From Callorhinchus milii (Eukaryota), in NCBI RefSeq assembly GCF_018977255.1, contig NW_024704742.1, positions 13,766,001-13,830,000 of the forward strand: a DNA stretch of 64,000 nucleotides. Direction: 5' to 3'. Below are positions 1-12,635 of the stretch, piece by piece (positions within the stretch are counted from its first letter, which is position 1; each line of letters opens with the position of its first letter). The translations under genes were made by a program, and so were the position numbers. Under the pieces are notes generated by a model. It saw only the letters and a list, made by a program, of their open reading frames with translations, did not search any database and was not told the DNA's origin.

Positions 1-90
1 TAGACTATTTGATTCCAAGTCCCGATGTGGGGCTTGAACCCACAACACTCTGACTCAGAGGCGAGTGATACCACTGCAGCAGGCTGATTG
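1..90 (-). mobile_element. tRNA-head fragment of an ancient Deu-domain SINE (cut by window edge)
   Basis: Reverse complement has the head motif CTCTGAGTCAGAGTGTTGTGGGTTCAAGCCCCAC, matching the heads at 40832-40890 and 61940-61985. Confidence 0.6.
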
Positions 91-2336
91 AACCTGTCAG
101 GTTTATTGTTTATTGTTATTTATTACCTGACAGCCACAATGGATTCTATTAATTTGCAAATGACAGGGAAAAGAGCACTGATTGTCAATTCTGACAAATA
201 TATCAAAAATCACTTCTGCATTAATGACACACTCGCTCAGTCACTCTGATCCTTTTACAGATTTTTACACTTCTATGATAAAATGTCCAATTGATTGTTG
301 CCACCAAATCTTCAGGGAAATACACAGAGGGACCAATTATTGGATGTACATGTTTCTGTTATTGTACATATCAGCCAGTCTTCCCGGATTCTCTCTCCTC
401 TGAATATTGGGAAAGAAGGGGAATTTACCTGAAATGCACATTTCTGCAGTCGTCCATCAAATAATAAGTAAATAATCCTTATACTTAATAGCACCTCTCA
501 AGTTAGGACATCTCAAAGCATTTCACAAGATTCAATGTTGTATGTAATATAAAATGTAAAACTAACCTGTCTCATGGCAGTCTAAACCGAGCTCATGCTC
601 CTATTAGTTAGTGAATAATCCAATGCTTGGTGAATTCTGCTTGGACATTAATAATACTCGTTGATCACCTGATAAATAAATGGTACACATCCACTGTTCT
701 GAATGTGGACCTGAACAATATTTCCTTCTTTCCCCACCACCTGATAAGATGGAGCTGATTATTTTTACATGGTACTCTGTCTCAGTCACTTCTCACGTGA
801 CTCTCTTTTAACCCTACAAGCCAAAGCACTAACACGTAGGGTGTGATGCGTAGGTCAGGCAGGGGGAGGATTGCCAGACTGTGTTTGCAATGACAAGCTG
901 TGCAGTTACAGATGTTAAAACTCCAGCAGTACACACTTCAGGGTCCCAAAACCTCGGGTCTCACCAACCTGTGCTAATACTTTCTGGAATTAAGTAAGCA
1001 GAATATGTCCTTTTGGGAAAAGAGTTTGTACTCCATTCCAAATAAAGGGAAATTTTCATACACATGTGGGACTCTCAGATTGTGTGGTGAGACTCCTAAG
1101 CATAAATGACAATGAATTTCCATGTGTTTCAGTCACTCGGATGACCAAAACAAATCCCAACATCATTGAAGTTCATTCATACAGTAGAGGTACGTCTGAG
1201 AGTTAATCAGGATTAATCAGGATTAAAGGTTTGAAACTCAGGAATAAAAGATCTATCACCAGATCTACTTAGTTACTTCAAACATGTTTTATGTGGCATC
1301 TTTCATTACTATACACAAAGATCTGAGAGTAATAAACTATGTGAAAATTGGAATTAAGTGCCGAAATCAAATTTTGTAGTAGAATATGCAATCACAAAAG
1401 TAATTATCAATTTTCAAGCTCAATAAAATCACGGCTTCCTCTAGGTTTTACCACTAGTGTGAGTAGCAAATGCTTCATGCTGAATAAAGTGTCATAAAAA
1501 TGATTTAACCGAGAACCAAAGGAGGTCCTTCTAAAAAGAGATTATTATCTCAGTGTGATGATGTGGTGTAGAAATTGCTTGCTTCTACTCTCAGTTTTAT
1601 GGGTTGCATACCAAGTGTGGAGTAGAATGAGGAAAAAGAAATAATATGCATGCAAATTTGGTGTATTGAAATTTGAAGCATGATATAAATTACAAATGTG
1701 ACCAGAACACAGAAACTGGAGTAATAATTTGTTCTATGGTAATTTTTTAAAATCCCATTCAAATGTTCTGCTTTTCATAATACATGTGGCTGATTTTTTT
1801 TCTGACTTGTGACTAATTTTGAGCGTTTCCGAAGAAATTGGAAGCTTTGGTATGACATTTTCTTCCCATAAAATGCACATCTCATAAATGGTTTCTTGAT
1901 TTTGTCCTAAAATGAACCAGTTGGTACCAATTTAAGTAAAAGCTGCAAGCAAGAATAGACATTGATGCCTGAAGTATATGTAAAATAGAAGTGCTCCTGT
2001 AGTGAACAGAAGTATAAGAATATTCTTTCAGCATGTTTTGATACACAGTTATCTTGAAAATTCAAATTTTTTTCTTGACTTTGTTTTACATACATCCTTG
2101 AGAGCAAATATATATCGGATACATTTGGACTGCTTCAGTAACTTTTCCAGACATCCTTTCAAAAATCATTGTGGATGTAATATTATTTTTCTGTACACAA
2201 CTGAGCATATTCTAATGGCACATTGATTACATTATAACACCATATTGCGGTGTTCCTGCACATACCTCACCACCAAGCACTCTTGACGATTCTGTTCAGG
2301 GACGTAACAAAGCTGAAATGTAGTCGTGGAGCTCGA

Positions 2337-2645
2337 GGAGTCCTATAGTTCAGTGGTTAGAGCACTTGTCTTGCAAGTGAGACACCTGGGTTCAATTCCG
2401 GGCAGGGCGAAACCTTGGGCAAGTTTCCTTACTCCACACGCCTAATAATAATCCCTCCGAAACAAAACAATAATAAATTGGTCATTTTCAATCCACGACT
2501 GTTTGTGGGACACTGCTGTGCGCAATTGGCTGCCGCATTTCGCCCACAAATATACAGTCAATTCACTTTACAGCATATTCTGTAAAGCACTTTGGGACGT
2601 CTAGAAGACGTGAAAAGTGCTATATCAAATGCAAAGATCATTTTA
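2337..2645 (+). mobile_element. tRNA-derived SINE, short variant, TAGAA-loop tail
   Basis: GGAGTCCT(A)TAG head with Pol III A/B boxes, central TGTGGGACACTGCTGTGCGCAATTGGCTGCC block and 3' GACGTCTAGAAGACGTG...AAATGCAA tail; aligns end to end with other copies in the window. Confidence 0.93.
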
Positions 2646-2943
2646 TTTTATATAAATGTCTATCAAATTGAAATGCACAGGTGCAATGAAGGACAATACA
2701 ATCTAGCAGTTTTACTTTTTATTGTCATCCATCGTCACATCTCAGTTACTCTCTTTGATGAACTAATTCCTTCATTAATTATTAAGAACATAGCAAAGTT
2801 CAAAGTTTCCTATTAGTTACATCCCACAGGCATGCCAGTAATCCATAAAATACATAAAGAAACTGAGAGTAAGCTACAAAAAAGTATTAGAAAAAGAAAG
2901 ACAGCCTACAATTCTGTGATAATATTGTCATGAGGAGTTTCGC

Positions 2944-4225
2944 CAACAAAAACAACAACAAGATTACATTTGTATAGCGCCTTTGACGTCGGGAGGATGT
3001 ACCAAGGTGCTGGACAGAGAACAGCATTTCAGACTTGAGCTGGGGTCGAGGGGGGGAAGGGAGGGGAGGGGAAGGGGAAGGGGGTGGCCGATGGCATGGT
3101 CGAAGAGGAGGGTCTTGAGGCGGGACTTGACGGAGGCTAAGGAGGGGGTGAGGCGAAGTGACTGGGGGATGGAATTCCAGAGGTTGGGGACAGAGTGGCT
3201 GAAGGCTCTCCCCCCAATGGTGGGGCGGGTGGGTCCGGGGACGTGGAGCAGGCTGGAGCCGGCTGAGCTGAGGGAATGGGCGGGTTCGTAGGGGGCTAGG
3301 AGGTCGCATAGGGTGAGTCGGTAGGGTGAGGCCATGGAGGGCTTTGTATGTGAGGACCAGGATCTTGAACTGGTTCCTCTGAAGGATAGGGAGCCAATGG
3401 AGTCGGGTGAGAATGGGGGAGATGGGGTCACGGAGTTTGGTGCGGGAGAGGACACGGGCTGCAGAGTTCTGGATTATCTGCAGCCAGTGGAGGGAGCCGA
3501 CAAGCAGGGCGTTTGCATAGTCGAGCCTGGAGGTGATGAAGGCATGAACAAGAGTTTCAGCGGCCTGAAGGGTGAGGTAGTGGCAGAGTCGGGCGATGTT
3601 ATGGAGGTGAGGGAAGGCAGAGTGGGTCATGGCCTGAATGTGGGGGAGAAAAGACAGTTGAGGGTCGAACAAGACACCGAGGTTCCTGACTGGCTTGGTG
3701 AGTTGAAGTGTGCAACCATGGAGGTTGATGCTGCCAGAGCCTGAGGTGCAGAGGCGCTGGCGTGAGCCAATCAGGAGGGCCTCAGTCTTGTTCACATTCA
3801 ACTGTAGGAAATTTGCCCTCATCCAGGACTTGATGTCCGACAGGCAGTCTGTCAGGACAGCAGTGGTCCTGGAGTTGAGGGTGGAGGCAGAAAGATAGAG
3901 TTGGGTGTCATCCGCATATATGTGGAAGTTGAACCCATGTCTGCGAATGATATCACCAAGGGGGAGCATGTAGATATTAAAGAGGAGAGGGCCAAGGACA
4001 GAGCCCTGGGGGACACCAGATGTGACAGTGCGGAGGCTGGAGGAGAAACCGCTAGAGGCAACAATGTGGAGACAGTGAGAGAGATAGGAATCGAACCAGA
4101 CAAGGGCGGGTCCGTGATGATTGAATAAATCGGAAAGGCGGTGTATGAGGATGGAGTGGTCGACAATGTCGAAGGCGGCAGAGAGGTTGAGGAGGACAAG
4201 GAGGCAGAGGGATTGCCAAGCCAAG
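2944..4225 (-). mobile_element. 5'-truncated L2-clade LINE (ORF2 RT domain plus C-terminus, 3' UTR, (GTT)n tail)
   Basis: ORF 2887..4224 contains LLNLSAAFDIVDH, GVPQGSVLGPLLFNIY and YADDTQLY. The L2 C-terminus (GGRAFS..PNLWNSIP..KSRLKTLLF) continues in the 2964..3455 frame after a frameshift near 3305-3331. AAC repeats at 2944-2961. Confidence 0.95.
3105..4224 (-). pseudogene. Frameshifted L2 ORF2 reverse-transcriptase remnant
   Basis: RT motifs PQG and YADD are present; no endonuclease or 5' part; frame broken by a short tandem duplication (TCGCATAGGGTGAG/TCGGTAGGGTGAG). Confidence 0.88.
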
Positions 4226-4334
4226 TATTGGAATACAATTTTTGAAACTGCTACAAAAATTTATTAAGAAAGCACATAACGGATATATCCAGAACAGTTA
4301 AAAGCATCAAAGTTGACTTGTGCTTGCATTCAAT

Positions 4335-4730
4335 ATAATCCCTTATAACGTCGATGAGGCATTTCAAAGACCTTCATAGGGTTTGCCATAAAATGTAGTG
4401 ACTGTTTATTTGTAGGCAGATGTGGCAGACAATTTGTGACCAACAAAATTTGACAAACAACCACTGGGTGAATAACCAATTTTGTCTGGGGGACTGTTGA
4501 CCAAGACACCAGGGGAAACTGAATTCTCTTTTCCAACAGTGTCATGTGATCTATAATGTCCACCTGAATAGGCAGACGGGAATGTGGTTTAACATTTAAT
4601 TGGAAGGACGACACATCCAATGATGTAGTGCACACCTAGCATTTCATTGGAGTGTCAGCCCAGCTTAGTGAGTTCAGAGTCCCAACCTACAACTTTTTGA
4701 CTCAGATTCAAGAGTGCCATTAGCTGACAC
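4335..4730 (-). mobile_element. Ancient Deu-domain SINE (SacSINE1/AmnSINE1-like), near full length
   Basis: Reverse complement has a tRNA-like head, the Deu block (GATGTGTCGTCCTTCC..GTTAAACC..CCCGTCTGCC..CAGGTGGACATTATAGATC) and an L2-like tail; diverged. Confidence 0.75.
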
Positions 4731-4979
4731 TAGATGAAACCAAATTCTGCACATTGTATGATAATACTTTTAAGACTAAGACCATGAGAAATTTCAGGCC
4801 TCTAGTTTACCCAAGCATAGATTTTGGCTAGCAACTTGGTCCAGCTGAAGAGATTGTAATTCATTTGCAGGATAGTACAGGTGACTGAAAACCTGCCTGA
4901 CTTTACAAGATCACAAGACTAGTTTGGATGAAGAAGACTCTTGAGCCCATTTGATCTCAATCTGCAGGATAACCAACCT

Positions 4980-5008
4980 ACCTCCTCCTCCTCCTCCTCC
5001 TCCTCCTC
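4980..5008. repeat. (CCT)n microsatellite
   Basis: About 9 CCT units. Confidence 0.95.
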
Positions 5009-5782
5009 AGACTTATAGCAAACCCTATTGCTCTGTTTTGGAGTAATTCAGTTCAGTCTTGGGCAAACTTTTAACAGTAAAAGCAGAAACTTTCTGCCAG
5101 TTGTTTTGTACTCAAGATGTAACAGCTAAAATACATCAGTTTCCCAGTGAGATTTGAGCCATGGAGTGACAGAAGGGCAAGACAAAGCAAGTTCCAAAAT
5201 TACAACTTGACATTCAGGAGACTATCACAGGAAAACTTAAATATTTTGAGTTGGTTGAAGAAGAAAAGTTGCAGCTACTTTAAAAAATCCCATTATGAAG
5301 TACCTAAGAACCACTGTAATTTGAAATTTACACCACAAAAGGAGGACATTCAGCCTTTCATGGTTGTGCTGACTCTCTGAAAGAACAATCTCCTGTTTTT
5401 TATCCATACCTTTTGCATTTTTTTGTATGATATGTGTCTTGGAATTCCAGCAATATTTGATGGGATAGGGTCCACTTTCACAGTGCTGACTGTAACAGTT
5501 CGTGAGACATTGCTGGGTCTAAGTTGTCTGCTGCATTCACAGGCAGAGTGTATAATCACTACACTTCAAAGTGGATCTTTGAGATGTCTTCCTGATGTGA
5601 AAGGGCAATATAAAATGTAAGGATTTTCATTATTATTTTCTCAACCTGGCTGTAATTGTCGTACTGGAGTCTTTTATTTTAAAACCTCCTGTGCTCAGTA
5701 TTCCAGATCAGAAAATAAGGACAACTATTTCATAATATATTACCAAACATGAGTGATAAAACTCTTCTAAACATACAAATGT

Positions 5783-6075
5783 GGAGTCCTGTAGCTCAGT
5801 GGTTAGAGCACTCGCCTCACAAGCAGTTCAATTCCTGGCAGAGCGAAACCTTGGGCAAGTTTCCTTACTCCACATGCCTGATAATAATCCCTCAAGAAAA
5901 AAAAAAATTCGGTCCTCAATCCACGAATGTTTGTGGGACATTGCTGTGCGCAATTGGCTGCTGTGTTTCACCCACAAATGTATCAATTAAATAACTTTAA
6001 TCATATTCTGTGAAGCGCTTTGAGATATCTAGAAAACCTGAAAAATGCTATATCAAATGCAAGAATAATTATTAG
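5783..6075 (+). mobile_element. tRNA-derived SINE, short variant (small deletion in head)
   Basis: GGAGTCCTGTAGCTCAGTGGTTAGAGC head, central block and tail ending AAATGCAAGAATAATTATT. Confidence 0.92.
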
Positions 6076-6625
6076 GATTATTAACTGTATCTTTAACAGG
6101 TATAGAATGAATTGGTCTGAGTGGAATATTTAGAAATGCCATTCAGGAACCATAAATCTCAGCCTCATTTGTGACTTCTGGTTTGCGATCGCAAAGAGGG
6201 CTATTGACTGACAAAAGGGTCAGAAAATAAAATAGCAACCACAAAATGGCTCTTACTGGACTGCCAATTCATCCCCCAATACTATGTTGGCAATTTGGTG
6301 ACAAGTTCCATAATTTCAGGCACAAACCAGAAGTGACTATTAGTGCAGTATCTTCCAGTTTGTGAATCCCAAGTTCTAAATCCATAAATTCATCAGGATG
6401 TGCCTAAGAACATCACCAGATGGATCTTTCGTGTAGTCCTATATTTTGTACATTTGTTTTAAATTTAGATGTTGTACCTGTACAGATGCTTTAATACAAG
6501 AATTTTAATTAGCATTTTGACTTAAATTATTTTTTTGCGCCTGTTTCATGACAGTTATTTTGTAATTTCCTAAATTGCAGCAATTTTATAATTTTTATTA
6601 TTCTTAGTTGCTTAGGTTCTCAAAC

Positions 6626-7830
6626 ACATAGAAACATATACAAATGTTCTGCACAGAAAGGCCATTCACCCCATTGTATCTGTACCACTGTTCCCTGCCC
6701 TTCTTATTAATCCAACATTTCAACTCTCTTCCCATGTTTTTAATTTTCAATCCAATTTCCTTTTGAATCTCCAGAGCACCCATCCCACTGTCTGTCCATC
6801 ACTGCATTGTTGATTATCCCCTATGCAAAGACAAACTTCCTGGTATCTGTCCTGAAATTGCCTTTTTCAGCTCTAAACCTACCCTTGTTCTCCTGTCTTA
6901 TTGTATCCTAAAGTATTGATCTAGGTTTACTTTTTCAATTCCACTTAAAATTTTATACAGCTCTATGAGGTCCTCTCTGGGTTGTCTTTTCTCAAGCCAG
7001 AAGAAACCTAGTTAGCCTAATTGCTGCTCAAAGCTTATTCCTCTAAAACCAGGGATCATCCTCTTTGTTCTCCTCTGCACTGCCTCTGGGGTCCTGGGTA
7101 GTCCCCCTGATGTCACCCTGACCAGAACCGATTGCACTAGTCAAGGTGTTACCTGATCAGAGCATTCTACAGCCTGAGTATGATGTCTCGGGATTTAAGC
7201 TCAACAACAATAAGAACAATAGCAACAAATTACATATACATATCAACTTTCATGTCGGGAGGACTTCCCAAGGTGCTGGACAGTCAAAGGTTTGGACCTG
7301 AGCTGGAGATTGGGATCAGGGAAGATAGGGGTAGGAGGGTGATCGAAGGTGCAGTCAAAGAGGAGCGTCTTGAGATGTGCTTTGAAGGAAGCAAGGAATG
7401 GAGTGAGGCAAATGGACTGCGGGATGGAGTTCCAAAGGGTAGGGGCAGAAAGGCTGAAGGCCTGACTGCTGATGGTGGGGCGGGCTGGGCGGGGGAAGTG
7501 GAGCAGGTCAGAGCCCGCTGAGCTGAGGGAGGGGACAGGTCGGTATGGAATTAGCAGGTCACAGAGGTAGGGAGGAGCAAGGCCATGGAGGGCCTTGAAG
7601 GCAAGGATGAAGATTTTTAACTGCATCCTCAGGGGTTTGGGAGCCAATGGATCTGGGCAAGGCTGGCGGTGATAGGGTCACGGAGCCTGGTGCAGGAGAG
7701 GACACAAGCTGCAGAGTTGTGAATAATCTGCAGCTTGTCGAGGGAAGAGCTGGGAAGATTGACAAGCAGGGAGTTAGTATAATAAACGTCATAAATTTAG
7801 CAATATAGCCCAGTATCCTCTATTGATCCA
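6626..7830 (-). mobile_element. Degraded CR1 LINE 3' part, interrupted by the L2 at 7203-7780
   Basis: CR1-type end (CATAGAAACAT..GCACAGAAAGGCCATTC), body motifs CTCCTCTGCACTGCCTC and GACCAGAAC..GCAC; CR1-like sequence resumes at about 7795 (TTTAGCAATATAGCCCAGTATCC). Confidence 0.65.
7203..7780 (-). mobile_element. L2 LINE 3' fragment
   Basis: ORF 7243..7647 (FKALHGLAPPYLCDLL..AFSLSAPTLWNSIP..FKAHLKTLLF); homologous to 2944-3520; AAC-rich tail. Confidence 0.92.
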
Positions 7831-8204
7831 ACCGCAATGACCACTTGTGATTCTTAATTCCAAATGCTAACATCCCTCTGAGTGAGGAAAGTTATGCTAA
7901 ACAATTTATGTGCCCACAATTTAGACAGTTCCTTTTCATTCATAGAATGTGTTGCACCTGGCAGCTTCCAGTGAATCTGCACTGTATCCTCTCCATCTGT
8001 ATGACATCCCTACTGGGTTTTCTGCAGAGATGGACTGTTATATGTACTCCATTATTGTCTACTTAAAGACCTACAGCCAAGCTCGCTACCATTCAACTTC
8101 ATTGTTGGTGAAAACATGCATGCAGCTGGCAGTCAATCCTTCCAATATTTATGACAAGTGTATGTGAATGGGCTGTCAGACATGACGTAGCAAAAACTAT
8201 GCAG

Positions 8205-8425
8205 AAAACATATGTGTAGATGTATGTGGATAGGTGTGGATATAAGTGTATCCACATATACATGTGTGGGAGGTTGTGTGTGTATCTGTGTGTATATATG
8301 TGTGTATAGTTGTATCTGTGTCTATGTGAGTGTGTGTGGGGATTTTTGTGCAAGTGAGCATGCATGTGAGATTGTGGGCATTTGCAGTGTTGTGGGATTG
8401 AGTGTGGGGTCATTTCTATGTGTGT
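8205..8425. repeat. Degenerate (GT/AT)n low-complexity tract
   Basis: TGTGTG/TATGTG-rich; explains the spurious His/Cys/Val-rich ORFs. Confidence 0.85.
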
Positions 8426-9433
8426 TAGTAATGCATTCTGGGCCTGACTTTATGATTTTTAGCTCTCTGATCTTTTTAAGAGTTAACTCAAAAATGAAAA
8501 ACGTTAGCCATGATGAGAGACTGCAGTCAAAATCCCAGCTGACGTTTGCTTTCGGGCAGTTTTTCAGCCAAAAAAAGTCCTGAACAGACGGTTCAAAGGC
8601 TAGAAAGCAAAGAGTCACCTCGCAAAATACCTTTGCCCAACTTCAGAATTGCAATTTATGTTTCTGGTAAATTTCATAGTGAATCTGTAAGTTTCAGTTG
8701 CACACAAGAAGTTACTATTAGCACAGCCAATCTGTGGAAACTTATTCAGCACAACACCACAAGTTTTTGTCCCAAGAGAATATACATAAATTATCTAAGC
8801 TTATCTAAAGCTAAGCAAAGCAAAATTGGCCTTTGACCTCAGCTAATTGAACTAACTTCTGATTGGTTTTGATTTCTCATCCAAATTTGCACTTACCGTT
8901 TGTTCCACTGCTGGTTGAGAACATTTATTTATCAGAAATGACTTAAACCTCATAGAAACTATGCCAATGATTTGCAATACACTGTACGCATGCTCTGTGG
9001 CTGCACAGTGGTGGATGGCTGCATGTGGCCTCGGTGGCCATATTTGAGAAACTATTGTCTAGATTTACTCCATTAACACAGGATTTCACAGGATCCAGAA
9101 TTTGACACATTTTTTAATTCCGTTTTAACTTTGAAGCCATTGTTCTTTTTTTTAATAATTTACTGAAAAGTGGCCTCAAAATTAAGGCTGAATTTAAGAA
9201 TTTGTCAAATTTCGTAACCTCAGAATTATTATGTTTTTAATTATATTCTTTGCATCCTATTTCAAATAAATCATTGAAGCCACAGTACATATCAGTACAC
9301 CAATTAAAGGATACTTTTTAATGACATAGATATAAGTTTTCTCATGAATTTTTTGTTTATTTGCAAATTGTTCATACTTTGAATCTTATTTATTAAATGT
9401 CCCAACACATACACACACATATATATGTAGAAT

Positions 9434-9760
9434 GATAATCATAATAATAATAATCCTTGCATTTGATATAGCGCTTTTCACGTCTTCTAGACGTCTCAAA
9501 GTGCTTCACAGAATATACTGTAAAGTGAATTGACTGTATATTTGTGGGCGAACGCGGCAGCCAATTGCGCACAGCAATGTCCCACAAACAGTCGTAGATT
9601 GAAAATGACCAATTTATTATTGTTTTTGGTTTTGAAGGGATTATTATTAGGCTCTGTGTGGAGTAAGGAAACTTGCCCAAGGTTTCGCCCTCTGCCTGGA
9701 ATTGAACTCAGGTCTCTCACTTGCAAAGCGAGTGCTCTAACCACTGAGCTACAGGACTCC
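9434..9760 (-). mobile_element. tRNA-derived SINE, short variant (mosaic diagnostics)
   Basis: Full length; (AAT)n tail at left, GGACTCC head end at 9754-9760; TAGAA loop. Confidence 0.96.
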
Positions 9761-10418
9761 AATAAGTAGTTGATAGTAAATTATTTATATGACTGAAATA
9801 TGATTTGTACATGCATGTGCCAGATTTCAAGTGTCTTTGTGATATAGGAGGCTTTGGAAAGGTGCCCAGTTTAGTAATGGAGATTTTTTTAAAAACAATT
9901 TGAGCAACTGAGGTTAATCAATATTTAGTTCATTTTCACGTAAATAACTTGGCATTTCTGGGTTAACCACATCCTCATTTTCTGCTGTCAAACCTGTGAA
10001 AGATACAATGAATACTGGCATTGTGAGCAATGTTGAAACCATCACTATTGGCTAATTCGGTTGTCAAGTAACTACTACCATGAACTCCTCAGAGCTGTGA
10101 GAAAACTGTTTAATACAATACGCAAAGATATTAATGATGAATTACAGTGTTCTGATAAATTGCAGCACTGGCTGTGGCCTCTTGCTTTGTGGTTATTACA
10201 TTTTGTTGAAAGAAATGACTTGTAGATCATGAATAATACTGTTGTTGAATGCACACAAAATGTATGTTAAACGCACATACACTTTTATATACATATACGA
10301 CTATTGTTATGATGATAATAAACGTTGCTTTCAATATAACATTTATGAAGTCAAAACATTTAAAAATGCTTCACAAAGCATTTAGAACTATAGAACCATT
10401 GAGGTGTAGAACCATTGT

Positions 10419-10740
10419 GGAGTCCTGTAGCTCAGTGGTTAGAGCACTCGCCTTGCAAGCAAGACACCTGGGTTCAATTCCAGGCAGAGGGCGAAACCTT
10501 GGGCAAGTTTCCTTATTCCACACGTCTAATAATAATCCCTCAAAATGAAACAATAATACATTAGTCATTTTCAATCCACGACTGTTTGTGGGACACTGCT
10601 GTGCGCAATTGGCTGCCGCATTTCGCCTACAAATATACGGTCAATTCACTTTTCACAGTCTATTCTGTGAAGCGCTTTGAGACATCAAGAAGACATGAAA
10701 AGCTCTGTATCAAATGCAAGGATTATTATTATATTATTAT
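10419..10740 (+). mobile_element. tRNA-derived SINE, short variant
   Basis: Full-length head to (ATT)n tail; appears inserted into a short minus-strand CR1 tail relic (TAGAAC..GTACAGCACAGTTGGAGGCCAT). Confidence 0.95.
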
Positions 10741-10884
10741 GTACAGCACAGTTGGAGGCCATCAAGCTCATTTTGCATGTTGGTGTTTGCACCTCCAAGA
10801 AGCAATCTATCTGAATCCCATTCCTGTCTCTTTCTGTTGTTCTGCTCAGCAAATACCAACCTGCTTTATGTTGATAAAGCTGTT

Positions 10885-11498
10885 AAAAAAGCATAAGGGA
10901 AGTTAGGCTGAACCTTTATAAAACATTTAGGCCTCAGCCTAGAGTACTGTGTTCAGTTATGGGCCCTACACTTTAGGAAGGATGTCAAGGCATTGGAGAG
11001 GGTGCAAAGAAGATTAACTAGGATGGTACCAGGAATGAGGGACTTCAGTTATCAGGAGAGGATAGAGAAGCGAGGATTATCCTTCTTTGAGCAGAGAAGG
11101 TTACGAGGAGGCTGAATAGAAGTTTTCAAAATTGTGAGGGGATTAAATAGGGTGCATAAGGGGAAACTATTTCCACTGGAGAGTGGATCGGTAACCCGAG
11201 GACACTGATTTAAAATAGTTGTTAAAAGAAACAGAGGGGAGATGAGGAGAAATCTTTTCACACAGCGAGTTGTTCGGATCTGGAACACATTGCCTGAAAG
11301 GGTGGTGGAAGCTGATTTGATAACAACTTTTAAGAGAGAAGTAGATAATTATTTGGGGAGAACAAATTTGCAGGGCTATGGCGAGAGAGCGGGAGAGTGG
11401 GATTGAATTGGATGAATTGGATTGAATTTCAAAAAGCTGGCATAGACGCAATGGGCCGAATGGCCTCCTCCTGTGCTGTATAATTCTATGATTCTATG
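10885..11498 (+). mobile_element. CR1 LINE 3' fragment
   Basis: Broken frames give CR1 C-terminal motifs (RKDVKALERVQRR, FTQRVVRIWNTLP); ends with the CR1 octamer tail ATTCTATG x2 at 11483-11498. Confidence 0.93.
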
Positions 11499-12159
11499 TC
11501 CCCCACCCATCCTGCCTCACCATCAGTGGGCGAGCTTTCAACTATTCTGTCCCTGCTATCTTGAACCTTTCTATTTTATTGATGTGTTGATTATCATAGC
11601 TCCTCTGAACCACATTTTTTTCTAAGATTCAAGTAGACCATCACTAGTTTTGGTTTTAACATAATGAAAATGCAGGGAAGATGTTCTGTACACTACAATA
11701 TGGTTCATATGAGTGTTTTTTTCAGAATGCTTCTATTGATGTGCTTGTCAGAGTCATGTGTGATGCTTGTGTGTACAATATACATGTACATTGCTTCTTA
11801 CTACCTTACTCACCACATGAGAGCAGCAAGAAGCAAGGTATTTAACAGAAGGGCATTATGCCCATGTCTCACAGAGAGATTTAAGTCATGTGTTAAAGCT
11901 AAACCTTCAATGAGGTCTATAGGTCAAATAATTACCAGTAATTATAGTTATATACAGTGTAAATATAATAATAATTACCAAATTTTATTCTCATAAACTT
12001 GTTGGCTCCATCCATTATATTTCTAATATAATATGTTAAGTATAATTGTGCAATTGAAATATATTTCCTCAGGAATATTATTTTTCATAATATAAAATGA
12101 AATGTTTGTTCTCTATCAAATGAAAATTTCTGCCAAAGCTTTCAAATAATGCCTCAGTT

Positions 12160-12635
12160 TCTAGAGGCTGGAAATTTGGGTTTGGTTTCACTGGAGCTGA
12201 GAAAGTTGAGGGGAAAGACGATAGAGATCTTTAAAATTATGTTGGATTTTGATAGAGTAGATAGGCAGAAATGTTTTCCGCTCATTGGTAGGTCATTGAC
12301 AAGGGAGCATCAATTTAAGAAAATTACCAACGGAGGAATGGGAGAAATTAAGAATTTTTAAATCCTAAAATTTCTTACGGTCTTCTTCAATGTTAGCCGC
12401 ACTCCCCATTGTGTCCCTTATGCCAAAATTCAGTTCAGTTATATGAATGAGAGAATTATTAGGATATGGAATGCTCTGCCAGGAGTGGTGGTTGGGGCAA
12501 GATCCATATTGGCTTTCAAGATGAAACTAGACAGATATCTAAAAACGAGTAATTTGAGGAGTATGGGCAAAAGGCACATATTTGGGATTTCTCTTTCAAA
12601 GACATGATGGGTGAATATGCTGTGCTGTTAGTGCT
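12160..12635 (+). mobile_element. Degraded CR1 LINE 3' fragment with about 85 bp internal insertion
   Basis: ORF 12149..12361 (LGLVSLELRKLRGKTIEIFKIMLDFDRVD); CR1 resumes at about 12445 (RIWNALPGVVV). Confidence 0.8.

Noticed and set aside
2887..4224. 445-aa ORF as a host gene or intact RT
   Set aside because: 5'-truncated L2 ORF2; the proline-rich C-terminal part is out-of-frame read-through after a frameshift
2874..4272. Possible flank capture at the L2 5' junction (GCTACAAAAA..TATTA at 2874 and 4250)
   Set aside because: Short and A-rich; compatible with chance
8099..8618. His/Thr- and Cys/Val-rich ORFs
   Set aside because: Translation of a degenerate GT microsatellite
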